Shown here: piece by piece, positions 22,164 through 34,100 of the stretch
How the letters are laid out: each line of letters begins with the position of its first letter
How positions within the stretch are numbered: position 1 is the stretch's first letter
Assembly: GCA_028534125.1 (NCBI GenBank)
Contig: CM052816.1
Span: 8,372,001 to 8,436,000, forward strand
Source: Lama glama
Lineage: Eukaryota
Direction: 5' to 3'
DNA length: 64,000 nucleotides
Program-made: the position numbers and the translations under genes
The notes under the pieces: model-generated
What the model was told of the DNA's origin: nothing
Database searches by the model: none
What the model saw: only the letters and a program-made list of their open reading frames with translations

Positions 22164-25100
22164 CTAGAAGGGAGGTAACAAGCCACTGTGACACAAGGGA
22201 ACTGCTAAGACAGGAGCTGTGTGGTAGGTGAGAGTGAAGGCTATGGGCTACGCCAGCGGTGTTTAAACCTTCCTGTCAGCATAAAGCATCAATAAAGTAT
22301 AAACTTGCTGTCACCACAGAGCATACATACATAAAGCAAATAAAATCTCATGTGCCGGAACCCTATGGACCAAGGTAAGCCTGCTGGGTTCGGGTTTCCA
22401 CTCCGGAAAGAGCTCCTCTCCTCAAAGCCCCTCAAATCTCCAATCCCTCAAATCTCTTCTCTCCTATCCTCTTTTCCTCAAATCTCCACTCACTCCTCAA
22501 ATCCCCTCTCCCCTCAAATTTCCAATCCCTCTCATCTCCTCTCCCCTCCTCCAATCCCCTCTCAATTTCCATCAAGTCTCGTCAAATCTCCTCTCCTGAA
22601 ATCTCTCCTCTCCTCCAATTCCCTCTCCTCAGTTTCAATCAAACCTCAACTCCCCTCTCCAATCTCCTCTCCTCAAAGCCCCTCAAATCTCCTATTCTAG
22701 CCTCTCTTCCTCAAATCTCCTCCTCAAATCCCCTCTCCTCCAATCTCCTCAAACTTCCTGTCCTTTTCCTCAAATCAAATCTCCACTCACTCAATTCCCT
22801 CTCCTCCTTCAATCCCCTCTCAATTTCCATCAAGTCTCCTGTCTTCAAATCTCCCCTCTCATCTCCTAATTTCCTCCAATCTCCTCTCCTCAGTTTCAAT
22901 CAAATCTCAAATCTCTTATCCTAATTTCCTCAAATCTCCACTCACTCCTCCAATCTCCTCTCTCCTCCTCCCTCTGAAATCTTCTCTCCTCAAATCCCCT
23001 CTCATCTCTCAAATTTCCTCCAATCGCCTCTCCTCGGTTTCAATCAAATCTCAAATCTCCTGTCTTCAACTCTCCTCAAATCCCCTCTCCTCTCTCCTCC
23101 AATCTCCTCAAATCTTCTGTCCTCTTTTCCGCAAATCTCCACTCACTCCTTAAGTTCCATCTCCTCCAATCCCTCTCATCTCCTCTCCCCTCCTCAAATC
23201 CCCTCAATTTCCATCAAGTCTCTTCAAATCTCCTCCAGTCTCCTCTCCTCAAATCCCGTCCTCTCCTCCAATCACCTCCAATCTCCTCTCCTCAGTTTCA
23301 ATCAAATCTCCACAAATCCCCTTCTTCTCTCCAATCTCCAATTCCTCAACTCTCTTCTCTTCTATCCTCTTTTCCTCAAATCTCCACTTACTCCTCACGT
23401 TCCCTCTTTTCCTCCAATCTCAATTTCCATCAAGTCTCTTCAAATCTCCTGTCTTCAAATCTCCAATCTCCTCAAACCCCTCAAATCTCCTTTTATCCTC
23501 TTTTCCTCAAATCTCCACTTGCTCCTCAAACCCCTCCAATCCCCTCTGCTCAGTTTCAATCATATCTCCTCAAATCCCCTCTCCTCTCTCTTCCAATCTC
23601 CTCTCCTCAAAGCCCCTGAAATACCCTCTCCTCCAATCTCAAATCTCCTGTCTCTTTTCCTGAAATCCCCTCTTTTCCTTAAATCTCTCCTCTCCTCTCT
23701 CCTCTCCTTAAATCCCCTCTAATCCCTTTTCATCTCCTCTCTCAATCTCCTCTCCTCCAATCCCCTCAAATCTCCATTCACTCCTCAAATCTCCTCTCGA
23801 AATCATGTCCTCTCCTCCAAACCCCTCCAATCTCCTCTAATATCCTCTACTCTCCTCAAATCTCCTCTCCGGAAATCTCTCCTCACCTCTAATCCCGTCC
23901 TCTCCTCCAATCCCCTCTCCTCAGTTTCAATCAAATCTCCTCTCTCATCCTATTTTCCTCAAATCTCCACTTGCTCCTCCAAATCTCCTCCCCTCTCCTG
24001 TCTCCTCTCTCCTCCTCCCTCTGAAATCTTCTCTCCTCAAATCCCCTCCAATCTCCTCTCATCTCCTCTCTCAAATTTCCTCCAATCTCCTCTTCTCGGT
24101 TTCAGTCAAATCTCAAATCTCCTGTCTTCAAATCTCCTCAAATCCCCTCTCCTCCAATCTCCTCAAATCTTCTGTCCTCTTTTCCTCAAATCTCCACTCA
24201 CTCAAGTTCTATCTCCTCCACTCCCTCTCATCTCCTCTCCCCTCCTCCAATCCCCTCAATTTCCATCAAGTCTCTTCAAATCTCCTCCAATCTCCTCTCC
24301 AATTCCCTCTCCTCAGTTTCAATCAAATTTCCTCAAATCCCTTTCTTCTCTCCAATCTCCTCAAATCTCCAATTCCTCAACTCTCTTCTCTTCTATCCTC
24401 TTTTCCTCAAATCTCCACTCACTCAATTCCCCTCCAATCTCTTCTCATCTTCTCTCCTCCAGTCCCGTCTCCTCAGTTTCAATCATATCTATCTCCTCTC
24501 CTTAAGCCCCTCAAATCCCCTCTCCTCCAACCTCCTGTCCGTTTTTCCTCAAATCTCCTCCAATCCCCTCTCAAATTTCCATCAAGTCTCCTCAAATCTC
24601 CCCTCCTCCAATCTCCTCAAATCTCTTCTATCCTCTTTTCTTCAAATCTCCACTCGCTCCTCAATTCCCCTCTCCTCTTTTCCTCAAATCTCCTCCAATC
24701 CCCTCTCAATTTCCATCAAGTCTCCTCAAATCTCTTGTCTTCAAATCTCCTCCAACCATTCAAATCTCCTCTCTGGAAATCTCTCCTCACCTCAAATCCC
24801 GTCCTCTCCTCCAAACCCCTCTAATCTCCTCTACTCTCCTCCAACCTCCTCTCCACAGTTTCAATCAAATCTCCTCACATCCCCTCTCCTCAAAGCCCCT
24901 CAAATCTCCACTCATCTCCTCTCTCCTCCTCCCTCTGAAATCTTCTCTCAAATCCCCTCTAATCTCCTATCATCTCGTCTCTCAAATTTCCTCCAATCTC
25001 CTCTCCTCAAAGCCCCTCTCCTCTAATCTCCTGAAATTTCCTGTCCTCTTTTCCTCAAATCTCCTCCAATCCCTCAAATCTCTTCTCTCCTATCCTTTTC

Positions 25101-28100
25101 ATCACATCTGCACTCACCTCAATTTCCATCAAGTCTCCTCAAATCTGCTGACTTCAAATCTTCTCCCCTCTCCTCTTATCCTCAAATCTCCTCTCCCCTC
25201 CTCCAATCCCCTCTCAATTTCAATTGTCTCCTCAAATGTCCTGTCATCTAATCTCCTCCCCTCTCCTCTTTTCCTCCAATCTCCTCAAACCCATCAAATC
25301 TCCTCTCCTGAAATCTCCAGTCTCCTCCTCAAAGCCCCTCCAATTTCCTATTCTATCCTCTTTTCCTCAAACCTCCACTCACTCTTCAATTCCCCTCTCC
25401 TCTTTTCCGCAAATCTCCTCTCCCCTCAAATCTCCTCCCCTTTCCTCTTTTCCTCCAATCTCCTCAAACCCCTCAAATCTCCTCTCCGGAAATCTCTCCT
25501 CTCCTCAAATCCCGTCCTCTCCTCCAATCGCCTCCAATCTCCTCTCCTCAAAGCCCCTGAAATCCCTTCTCCTCCAATCTCCTGTCTCTTTTCCTCAAAT
25601 CTCCACTCACTCCTGAAATCCTCTTTTCCTTAAATCTCTCATCTTCTCTCCTTAAATCCCCTCTACTCTCTTTTCACCTCCTCTCTCAATCTCCTCTCCT
25701 CCAATCCCCTCTCCTCAAAGCCCCTCAAATCTCCACTCACTCCTCAAATCTCCTCTCCTGAAATCTCTCCTCTTGAAATCCCGTCCTCTCCTCCAATCTC
25801 CTCTCCTCAAATCCCTCCAATCCCCTCTCTGTCTCCTCTCCTCCAGTCCCCTCTCCTCAGTTTCAATCATATCTCGTCTTCAAATCCCCTCTCCTCCAAT
25901 CTCCTGTCTCCTCTTATCTTCTCTCCTTAAATCCCCTCTAATCTCTTTTCATCTCCTCTCTCAATCTCCTCTCCTCCAATCCCCTCTCCTCTCTCCAAAC
26001 TCCTCTCCTCAAAGCCGCTCTAATCTCTCCTCACCTCTAATCCCGTCCTCTCCTCCAATCGCCTCCAATCCCCTCTCCTCAAATCTCTTCTCTCCTATCC
26101 TCTTTTCCTCAAATCCCCTCTCCCCTGAAATCTCCTTCAGTTCCTCTCATCTCCTCTCTCCTCCTCCAATCCCCTCTCAATTTCAATTGTCTCCTCAAAT
26201 GTCCTGTCTTCTAATCTCCTCCCCTCTCCTCTTTTCCTCCAAACTCCTGAAATCTCTCCTCTCCTCCAATCCCCTCCAATCTCATCAAATCTTCTCCCCT
26301 CCAATCAAGTCAAATCTCAAATCTCCTCTCCAGTCCTCCAATCTCCTCTCCTTTCTTTGTCTCCTCAAATTTCTCATCAAATCCCCTCCTCAAATATCTT
26401 CTCCTCCCTCTTCTCTTCCTCCAAAAGGAACTCACCACAGGTGGCTCAGTCGGGCTAGAGAAACAGCCCTGATTCCTCCCCCACATCTGGTTGGTCAGCT
26501 CTGGGTAGCAGAGGTCAGCACAGAGGGCTACTGGCGCGGCCATGTCTACCACATACACAGGCGGCCAATGACGGGAAGAGACGAGCAGATCCACGTGGTC
26601 GAGGGCACTCTCGCCCCGCACCAGATACTTGGAGCCACAGACCACCTGGCAGGGAGATGTACACACAGCACAGAGTGAGAAGCCAATCTTCAAAGTTAAG
26701 TTCACTACTTCGTTACTACGAAGATGAACAAGCAGGATTCATGACTGAAGCTGTGGCAATCCTACCTGAGCCCATGGAATTCAGCTTCCCTCCTACTTCT
26801 CTCACTAAACGAAGTCGCCAGCTCATTTCTGCACTCCAGCCAGAAGAGCTGGGAGCATCCAATCCTCAGCTGAGTCTCAAAGTCTCTGCTCCCCAACCTC
26901 TGGAATCTGCTCCAACCCCCACCCTGCACCATCTAAGCCCAATGGTTCCCAAGGTGCACAGCACCAGCAGTTAAGATCAGGTTAAAAATGGAGGTATTCC
27001 AAATCTAAGGAATGAGGCTTTGGGGGTGGAGTCCAAGCAGCTCCCCAGCAGACTCTGATGTGCTGTCCACATGGGCACCCCTGATGTAGGCTACACCTCC
27101 ACTGACAGAACGCCACTCAAATGCTGGGTAGCTGTGTGGACACTGGAAAACTGCCTCTACCTTCCTCCACATCTACCAGTCATGACTGTCGCCTCCAAGT
27201 AACACTGCCACCCCAGCACAGCCCCAAGTCCTAGAGCTCTCATGTCCCTGTGTTGTCAAGTGCTTCGCATGAGCAGGACTTCCGTCACATGAACACAATG
27301 TTCAGAGCACGCTCTGACCTGCCAGGGTAGAGGCATCAAGCATGACCCTCAGACTCAGCTTCTGGTAAAGGGGTTGACCACCTGACTCTCGACAGCCAGT
27401 CGCCTTGCCCACTCACACACCTCCATGAACTGAAGGCTCTGCGAAGCCATCTCCCCAGCTTAGTACTTGTTCAGAGGTTTTTCTACCCTGGCCTCTCCCC
27501 AGGTCAGGACGACTCTGTCCCTTTCCAGAATTATCCTGGCTCCTACACTGTGCATTCAACAGATGTAAGCAGTGATCTGCCTAAAAAACCAAAATCAGAC
27601 ACTTCCCATTCAAACCATCCAATGGGCCCCTCATCACTCTCAGAAGAAAATCCATAAGGAGCTACTCCACAGCTGCCCACTGACCTAAGTGCAACTCCCA
27701 GAACAAGCAAGATCAGATCCTCTGCGTGTGGGCAAAGCGACATGAATAAGTCCACCCCGAGCTCCTCCTCATTACCCTCTTACCTGATGGGGGCAAACCT
27801 TGTAGATTTTACCCCCTGTGAGATGAGGTGGGGGCTGTCTAGCTCTGGCTCCATTCTGTACAGATTCATAGAGAGCCAACAAGGAGAAGCAGAGCTGGTC
27901 CTAGAGCAGAAGGACAAGATTAAACACAGCAGTAAATGCTGAGGGACGAGGCCTGGTACACACCACCAAACGCTCAAAGGAAGACAATCAACTATGAAGG
28001 CCAGAGTGGGCCTTGGAGCCACACCAGCCCAATATCCTCTAGGTAGAGATAGAGGCCCTGAAAGGACCAGGTCACAGAAAGAGCCAGCCAGCCTGACCAA

Positions 28101-31100
28101 GCTGTCGGACTCTTAAGGCCTGGGTTCTCCCGACTTTTCACAAGGCAGGGAAACCTTCAAAGAGGAGCTAACGTTTGAGTCTGAACCTGAAGGAAGCATA
28201 AAGTTTTCAGAGCACAGCAGAATGAAGGGAAGTAAATAATGTATGCATAAATCACATTCTCTCTCTCTGGATGCAACTGCACTCATTTTCTAAGAGCCTG
28301 GATGTGTGCTAATCAGACACTGTATAAACAAGGAAAATGAGGCTCAGAAATATGACATAGCTTATCCAAGGTCACACACAGTAGGTGGGAGAGCCTGGAT
28401 TCTGGACCCAGAGTCTGGACTCACCACCTTCAGCAGAGGAACTGACTGGACAGGAGGGATGGCCTCACATGCAGGTCATGACCAGGCTGCTATCTCCCAG
28501 GCCGTCCTGCCCACTAGCACTCTCTGCCCAGCACAGGCACCCTTGCACAGATATTGATAGGCCTACCCAGAAAAATGGCCCACCAGCCTGCTCCCCAAGT
28601 CCCTAACTCCAGTGCCACTCTGATGCTCACCTTGGAGTCTTCTGCCCCAAAAGGGACGCCACATTGCCTCAGCAGGCACCGCAGCTCCTCCTCACTGTAG
28701 GAGCCGATCTCCTCCAGCTTGCAGGCGCCCTCCTGGAGCAGCCTCACCAGGGCACTGCCATTGCCTGCAAGAGACAACGTGCTAATGGGAAGGCGCTGCC
28801 GCCAGCCACCAGTGGCCATAAGGCGCGAGGATGGGAACAAGGGAACCAGGCCTACAGCAGAGCAGGCTCTACCCAGAGCTCTGCCCTGGGTGCTCAGGGA
28901 GGTGGACTCATGGCCAGGTCTTAGGACTTCTATAGATATCTGAAGTCTTTCTGCCACTGAATGTCTAGGAGAGATTCCAGCAGAGCACCCTTGCAAAGAA
29001 CCCCAGAAAGGGTCACTTATAACTTCTTAAGGCTTTTCAGAACCAAGACCTCAGATATTTACCACAACTGCAGCAATGAGAGAAGCAGTAGCTCTCATTT
29101 TAAACACTCTCTTTATACACTATGTTCCTGAACCTGCTAATCAACAGAACTATGTGGGGCCTTAAACAACAACAACAACAAAAAAAAAAAAACCAAAAAA
29201 ACAATTCCTGGACCTTGAAGCAGCAAATATGAGGCGGGACCCTCAGTATCTAATGTTTTTAGAAAACAGTGTTTGGGAACCAGCAGATTGCAACATATTA
29301 AAAACTTACAAAATCAATTAAGCAGGTCATACCCAGGATTTTAAAAACGAAATAACATAGAAAGTATATTGCATTTGATGAAGGGAAATACTGCCGTAAT
29401 GAAAGTTCTTTTAGTTACAGATACGCACATATGTCCCGACTTGTATGAGCACCATGCTGAGTCACGGTGTAGAATATATGTTTTACTCTGAGCTGCAGTT
29501 AGAAAAAAAAAGTAGAAAACTATTTAACTCAACCCTCACAGCCACCTAGGAAGTGAGTAGTAATATCATGTCCCCTTTGTAAACGATGAGACAGAGGTTC
29601 AGGGTAATCAAGGGATTTGGCGGAGGTCACACAGCTAAGTGGCATGGCTGGGAATCAAACCCAAATTATCAGAAACCAATGCCCTCAAGGGCTCGTCCTG
29701 GGCTTCTCAATGTATAACCATAGAGCATCTGCAAAATCATCTGAAAGACCTGTTTAGAAGGCAGACTCCCTGGCCTCCCTCTCCCTCTCTCAGTGAGAAT
29801 CTTTGGGGTTGGAGCCTTACCACCAGCATTTTTCAGAGGATTCCCACTATTCACCACTTCTGGGAACAGAAGGCTGACAGTGGGCTATGTGGGTCACTCT
29901 GATTCAGTGTGGCTGGCAGCTCTTCAAAATTCTGCACGTGACTTTTATTTCCAGGACATTTTGTCACAGGTTGTCATTATCTTTCCAAAGAGTCCCCTAG
30001 GTGGGCCTGGCCCCCTCTCAACCATGTGTGCTGTCTGGCCATAGACCGTGTTCCAGACTAGACGGAACCCTTCCCTGACCCCAGGCAGCCACCAGGTGGC
30101 CTTACCAGGTACTGGCTGCACATCCAGGTTTTTGTCTTTCTCAGTGTTGACGACCACAGCTCCTCTCATGAGTGGTGGGAAGAAGGGGGCAATAACAGAG
30201 GCATCAAACTTGGTGATAGGGATGCTGGCAGGGAAGGCCACCTGCTCAATCACTTCTGTCTCCATCGTGGCCCAGAAGTCCTCCACGTTTACCTCACTAG
30301 AGGACAGGAACTCAGGCCAGGTGAACTAAAAGGTCAGGATAAAAAAGGAGACAAAGAACTGTAGGAGACAAAGAACATCAGTAACACAACAACGTACCTT
30401 CTCAACATTCTCAGGGAACCAAAGCTGAGCAGGAGGAAGGAGTCCGACAGCCATGTACTGCCGAGACGCCTCTAATCGGGCATCTTAGAACCTAACTGCC
30501 CCTTGGCCTCACTCCTTTCTCTTGTAACACAGCACTCCCCAAGACTGAAGTCCCTTCTGCATCTATGCCTTTATTCACGTCTTCTTCCCTGCCCCACCAA
30601 GGAAAGGGGAACTACCACTGAGTACCTGTCATGTGCCGGATATTGGCTAATTAGCTACTACTATACAAGCCTGAGGGTGTCTAAGGTGAGACTAGTGGAG
30701 TGAGGGACAGGACAAGAATGTGAACAAAGATCTAGTTACAAAACCCAAGCCCTTAATCCCTATGCTTGGCTGGCAGGAATCATCACAGTAAAATTTACTG
30801 GCATTCTACCCACGTGCAAGGCCCTGTTGATCCCTTACCTCCTCCGAAGTTCCTCCCAGACCCTGCCAGCACACAGCTGCCTCCTCTACCTCATGCGGCG
30901 TTTACTCATCTACTTACTGTCAGCACCTAGCACTGCGCTATTCAATTTAAAGTTGAGGATCCTGATCCTATTACCTCATCAGTCATTTGCGTTATTTAGC
31001 AATGCTAATATGTGGACCACAACTCAATCTGTACGAATCCTAAAGCCCTTTAAAAGATCCCTTAGGTGAGTGGTTCTCAAAGTGTGGTCCCCAGACTAGC

Positions 31101-34100
31101 AGCATAAACACCGCCTGGGAACTTGTCAGAAAAGCAAATCCTCAGCCCACCCCAGACCTACTGGGTCAGAAACCCTGGGGGTGGCCCCCTAGCAAGCCCC
31201 CATGCTAAAAAAAGTTTGCAAACCATCGCCCAATGTAATTCTTATGCCCACAAAGTCTGAGAACCATTGTTCCACACACAGGCATCCCTCATCAGACCAG
31301 AGGGTCCTCCTCTATACAGTTCCCTAGGGAACAGGACAGCCCAACAGTCTTCTCATGGACAGCTGCATATTTAAGTTTTAATACCTTCCTGTTTTACTTC
31401 ACAGACTTTAGAACACCCCCACGCCCTCCTCCTCAATATGCACCACCTAACGACATTCTACACATAAAAGGGAGAAAATAAAGTAAGTCCTGGTCTCTAG
31501 AAAGAAACACACAGAAACTCAGAAGAGCTGGAAAGTGAAGGGAATGTTACTCCATTCCATGAGGAAAAACCCTTAATCAGGACAAGGCAGATGCCAGGCA
31601 GGGCTAGGAGACATGAGCTTTGCAGGGAGGTGGGCTTCTGTCAATTCTGGAGATTAAAAAGTCTGTGGCCAGGTGTGTTTCAAAAACCAGAGCTCAGGGT
31701 CCCAGGAGATGCTGGTGAGATTGGCAGTGCTCAGAAGCTCAGACTCTGGAGTCGGGAAGCTAGACCAAGATCAAGTCCCAGCTACACCTCTTTCTGGCTG
31801 AATGAGCTTGGTCAAGCCCCCAGGCTTCAGTTCCTTCATCTACAAAAATCTCACAGGGTTGGGGTGAGAAGTCAGTCAGACAGTAAAGCAGTGAGGACAG
31901 AGTACAAACTTGGCATATGTAATAAAATGCCCAATAAATTGTAGCTGCATTACTATTATCATTAGTCAAGCAGATCGGAATTAGTCTGGATGTAGCTGCT
32001 TGGTGACATAACACACAAAAGCAAAACTTTTTTACAGTTCATTTTATCTACAAGAAACACTCAGAAGGCTCCAGGAGAATTATGCTTATTTTCATGTATC
32101 TCGTTATGCACAACCACCCCTCAAATAGGAATATTTGATCAATATATGTACTTTTTTTTTCAACTGGGAGAAAAATAGGAATATGCATTAAATTCCTAAC
32201 ATGCTCAGCTGGCCACGCCAAAATGCACCAAAGCTTTTCTCTAGAGGTCCTGCACCACCCCTGGTGCTGCACAGGTGAGCTGCAGGTCCAGTGCCTGGAG
32301 AGTCACTTCATGTCCCTGTCCTCTTGGTCCCTGCGGGAGAGTTCAGAGATGGAAAGCCTGCACCCACTGTGACTACTAGCATACTCACGGGGCACTCCAC
32401 ACCTGTGTGTGCAGACCATACCTCTCAGCATGGTCGGAGAAAGAGTTCACCTATGGGATTTTTCAATAAAAATTCCCTGTACCAGGTTAAAGAAGATTCC
32501 CTATGACTTTCAATTTGCTAAAATTTTTTTTTAATCATAAACAGGTGTTGAATAAAAATGAAAGCCTTTTTTATACATCTAATGAAATACTCACATAGGT
32601 TTTCTCCTTTAAACTGTTAAGTATTGAATTACATTAGTATATTCTCTAATGTTGAAACACTCTTGCTTTGCTGAGATAAACTTAGTCATGATGCATTACT
32701 TTATTGTTAGATTTGATTTGCTATTTTCTCATTCAGGACTTCGGCATCTATATTCATGAGTACAACCAGTGTAACTTTTCAACCTTATATTAAATATTTG
32801 GTTTTGTTGTCAGTTTTATGGCCTTATACAATGACTTGGGGAAATACTCCACTTCTGTTGTTCTTCTATGACTGGAATAATATTTCTTGGATATTCGTTA
32901 GAATTACTGTATAAAGTCATCTGAGTTTGGTATTATCTTTGTGTGAACACTGCTGAGTTAAGAACTTAAGTCAGATCAGGCCACTTTTCCTCAGAATCCT
33001 TTACTGGCTCTCCACTGCACTCAGTGTAACTCCTTACAGTGGCCCAAGCCTCCCACAGTCTCTTGAACATCACATATCCTACCAGTCTCTCCACTGCTCA
33101 CAGAACCAGCCTCACTGACTTCCTTGCTGTTCCTCAATCATGCCCAGCAAGCCCACCTTAGACCCCATTCTTGCTGCTCCCTCTGCCGGGAATGTTCCTC
33201 CCCTCGAAAGCAACACGGGCTTCGGAGCTCTACTCAAATGCCACTGCATCCGAGAGGACTCCCCGGACTACCCTCTATGAAACAGGAACCCCTTCTCCCC
33301 ACCACACTGCTCTCTTCTCCTTACCCTGCCTTATTGTTACTACGTTACTTTTAATTCATACATTATTATAATGTATATTAACATACACAATTATTAATGT
33401 TTGTCTCCTGTCTCCCCAAATCACAGAGTAAGCTCCATGAGCACAGAAACTCTGGGTTTTTTTAACTGCCATTTCCCAAATAACTAAAACCCTATTTTAA
33501 TAAATTTGTTGAATAAGAACAAATGCCTCTATTTCCATCTAGGCTTCCTTAGATGAAAACTTGGGCAGTGGCAGGGAAAAGCTACTTGTCTCACCCTGGA
33601 AAGGACCAGAGCCAACTGCTCCTGGGGACATCGTATAGGAAGGTGGCTGCCAAAGTGTGAGGACAGTTCTAAAGGTCACCCCTGGCAGCTGGGAGGCACT
33701 CACCTCCACACTCTTTAGTGCCAGCACATTTTCTTCACTCCTTTGGGCCATTTCCACTTTGGGAGCCACACCACAGATGCCACAGATCATGTCGTTGTAG
33801 TCTCGGACAGTGAGGCACTCGAAAGCCCAATAGCCATTGCACAGCAGCTCCTGCAGCTGGCTCAGCTCCTCCGAGGTCAGAGTCTTCTCTGGAAGGAGAG
33901 CAAGAGCTCTGAGAAGGTCACAGGAAAACACCAAGGCCACTAGGGATGAGCCACTGGCAAGTACAGCGAAGATCGCTTCTCTCCTAAGAACACCCAAGAG
34001 TACTAACCACCCAAGGGTCAAACACCCTGGCCATTAGGTTTTCAGATGGCAACTCAAAGGGCAATTCCAATCAGAGTTAGAGCTGCCTTGCACTCAGTCC

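Noticed and set aside
21660..22178. 172-aa + strand ORF and an alternative-frame - strand ORF over the last HMGXB3 exon
   Set aside because: Shadow ORFs of a GC-rich coding exon; no independent signals.
22411..26422. CRISPR-like or coding-repeat reading of the array
   Set aside because: Eukaryotic intron, no unique spacers, no constant repeat length.
25773..26678. 301-aa Ser/Pro/Leu-rich ORF on +, and similar ORFs at 22350, 23519 and 25224
   Set aside because: A by-product of the C/T-rich array, which has few stop codons. Most lack a real ATG start, and this one runs antisense across an HMGXB3 exon.
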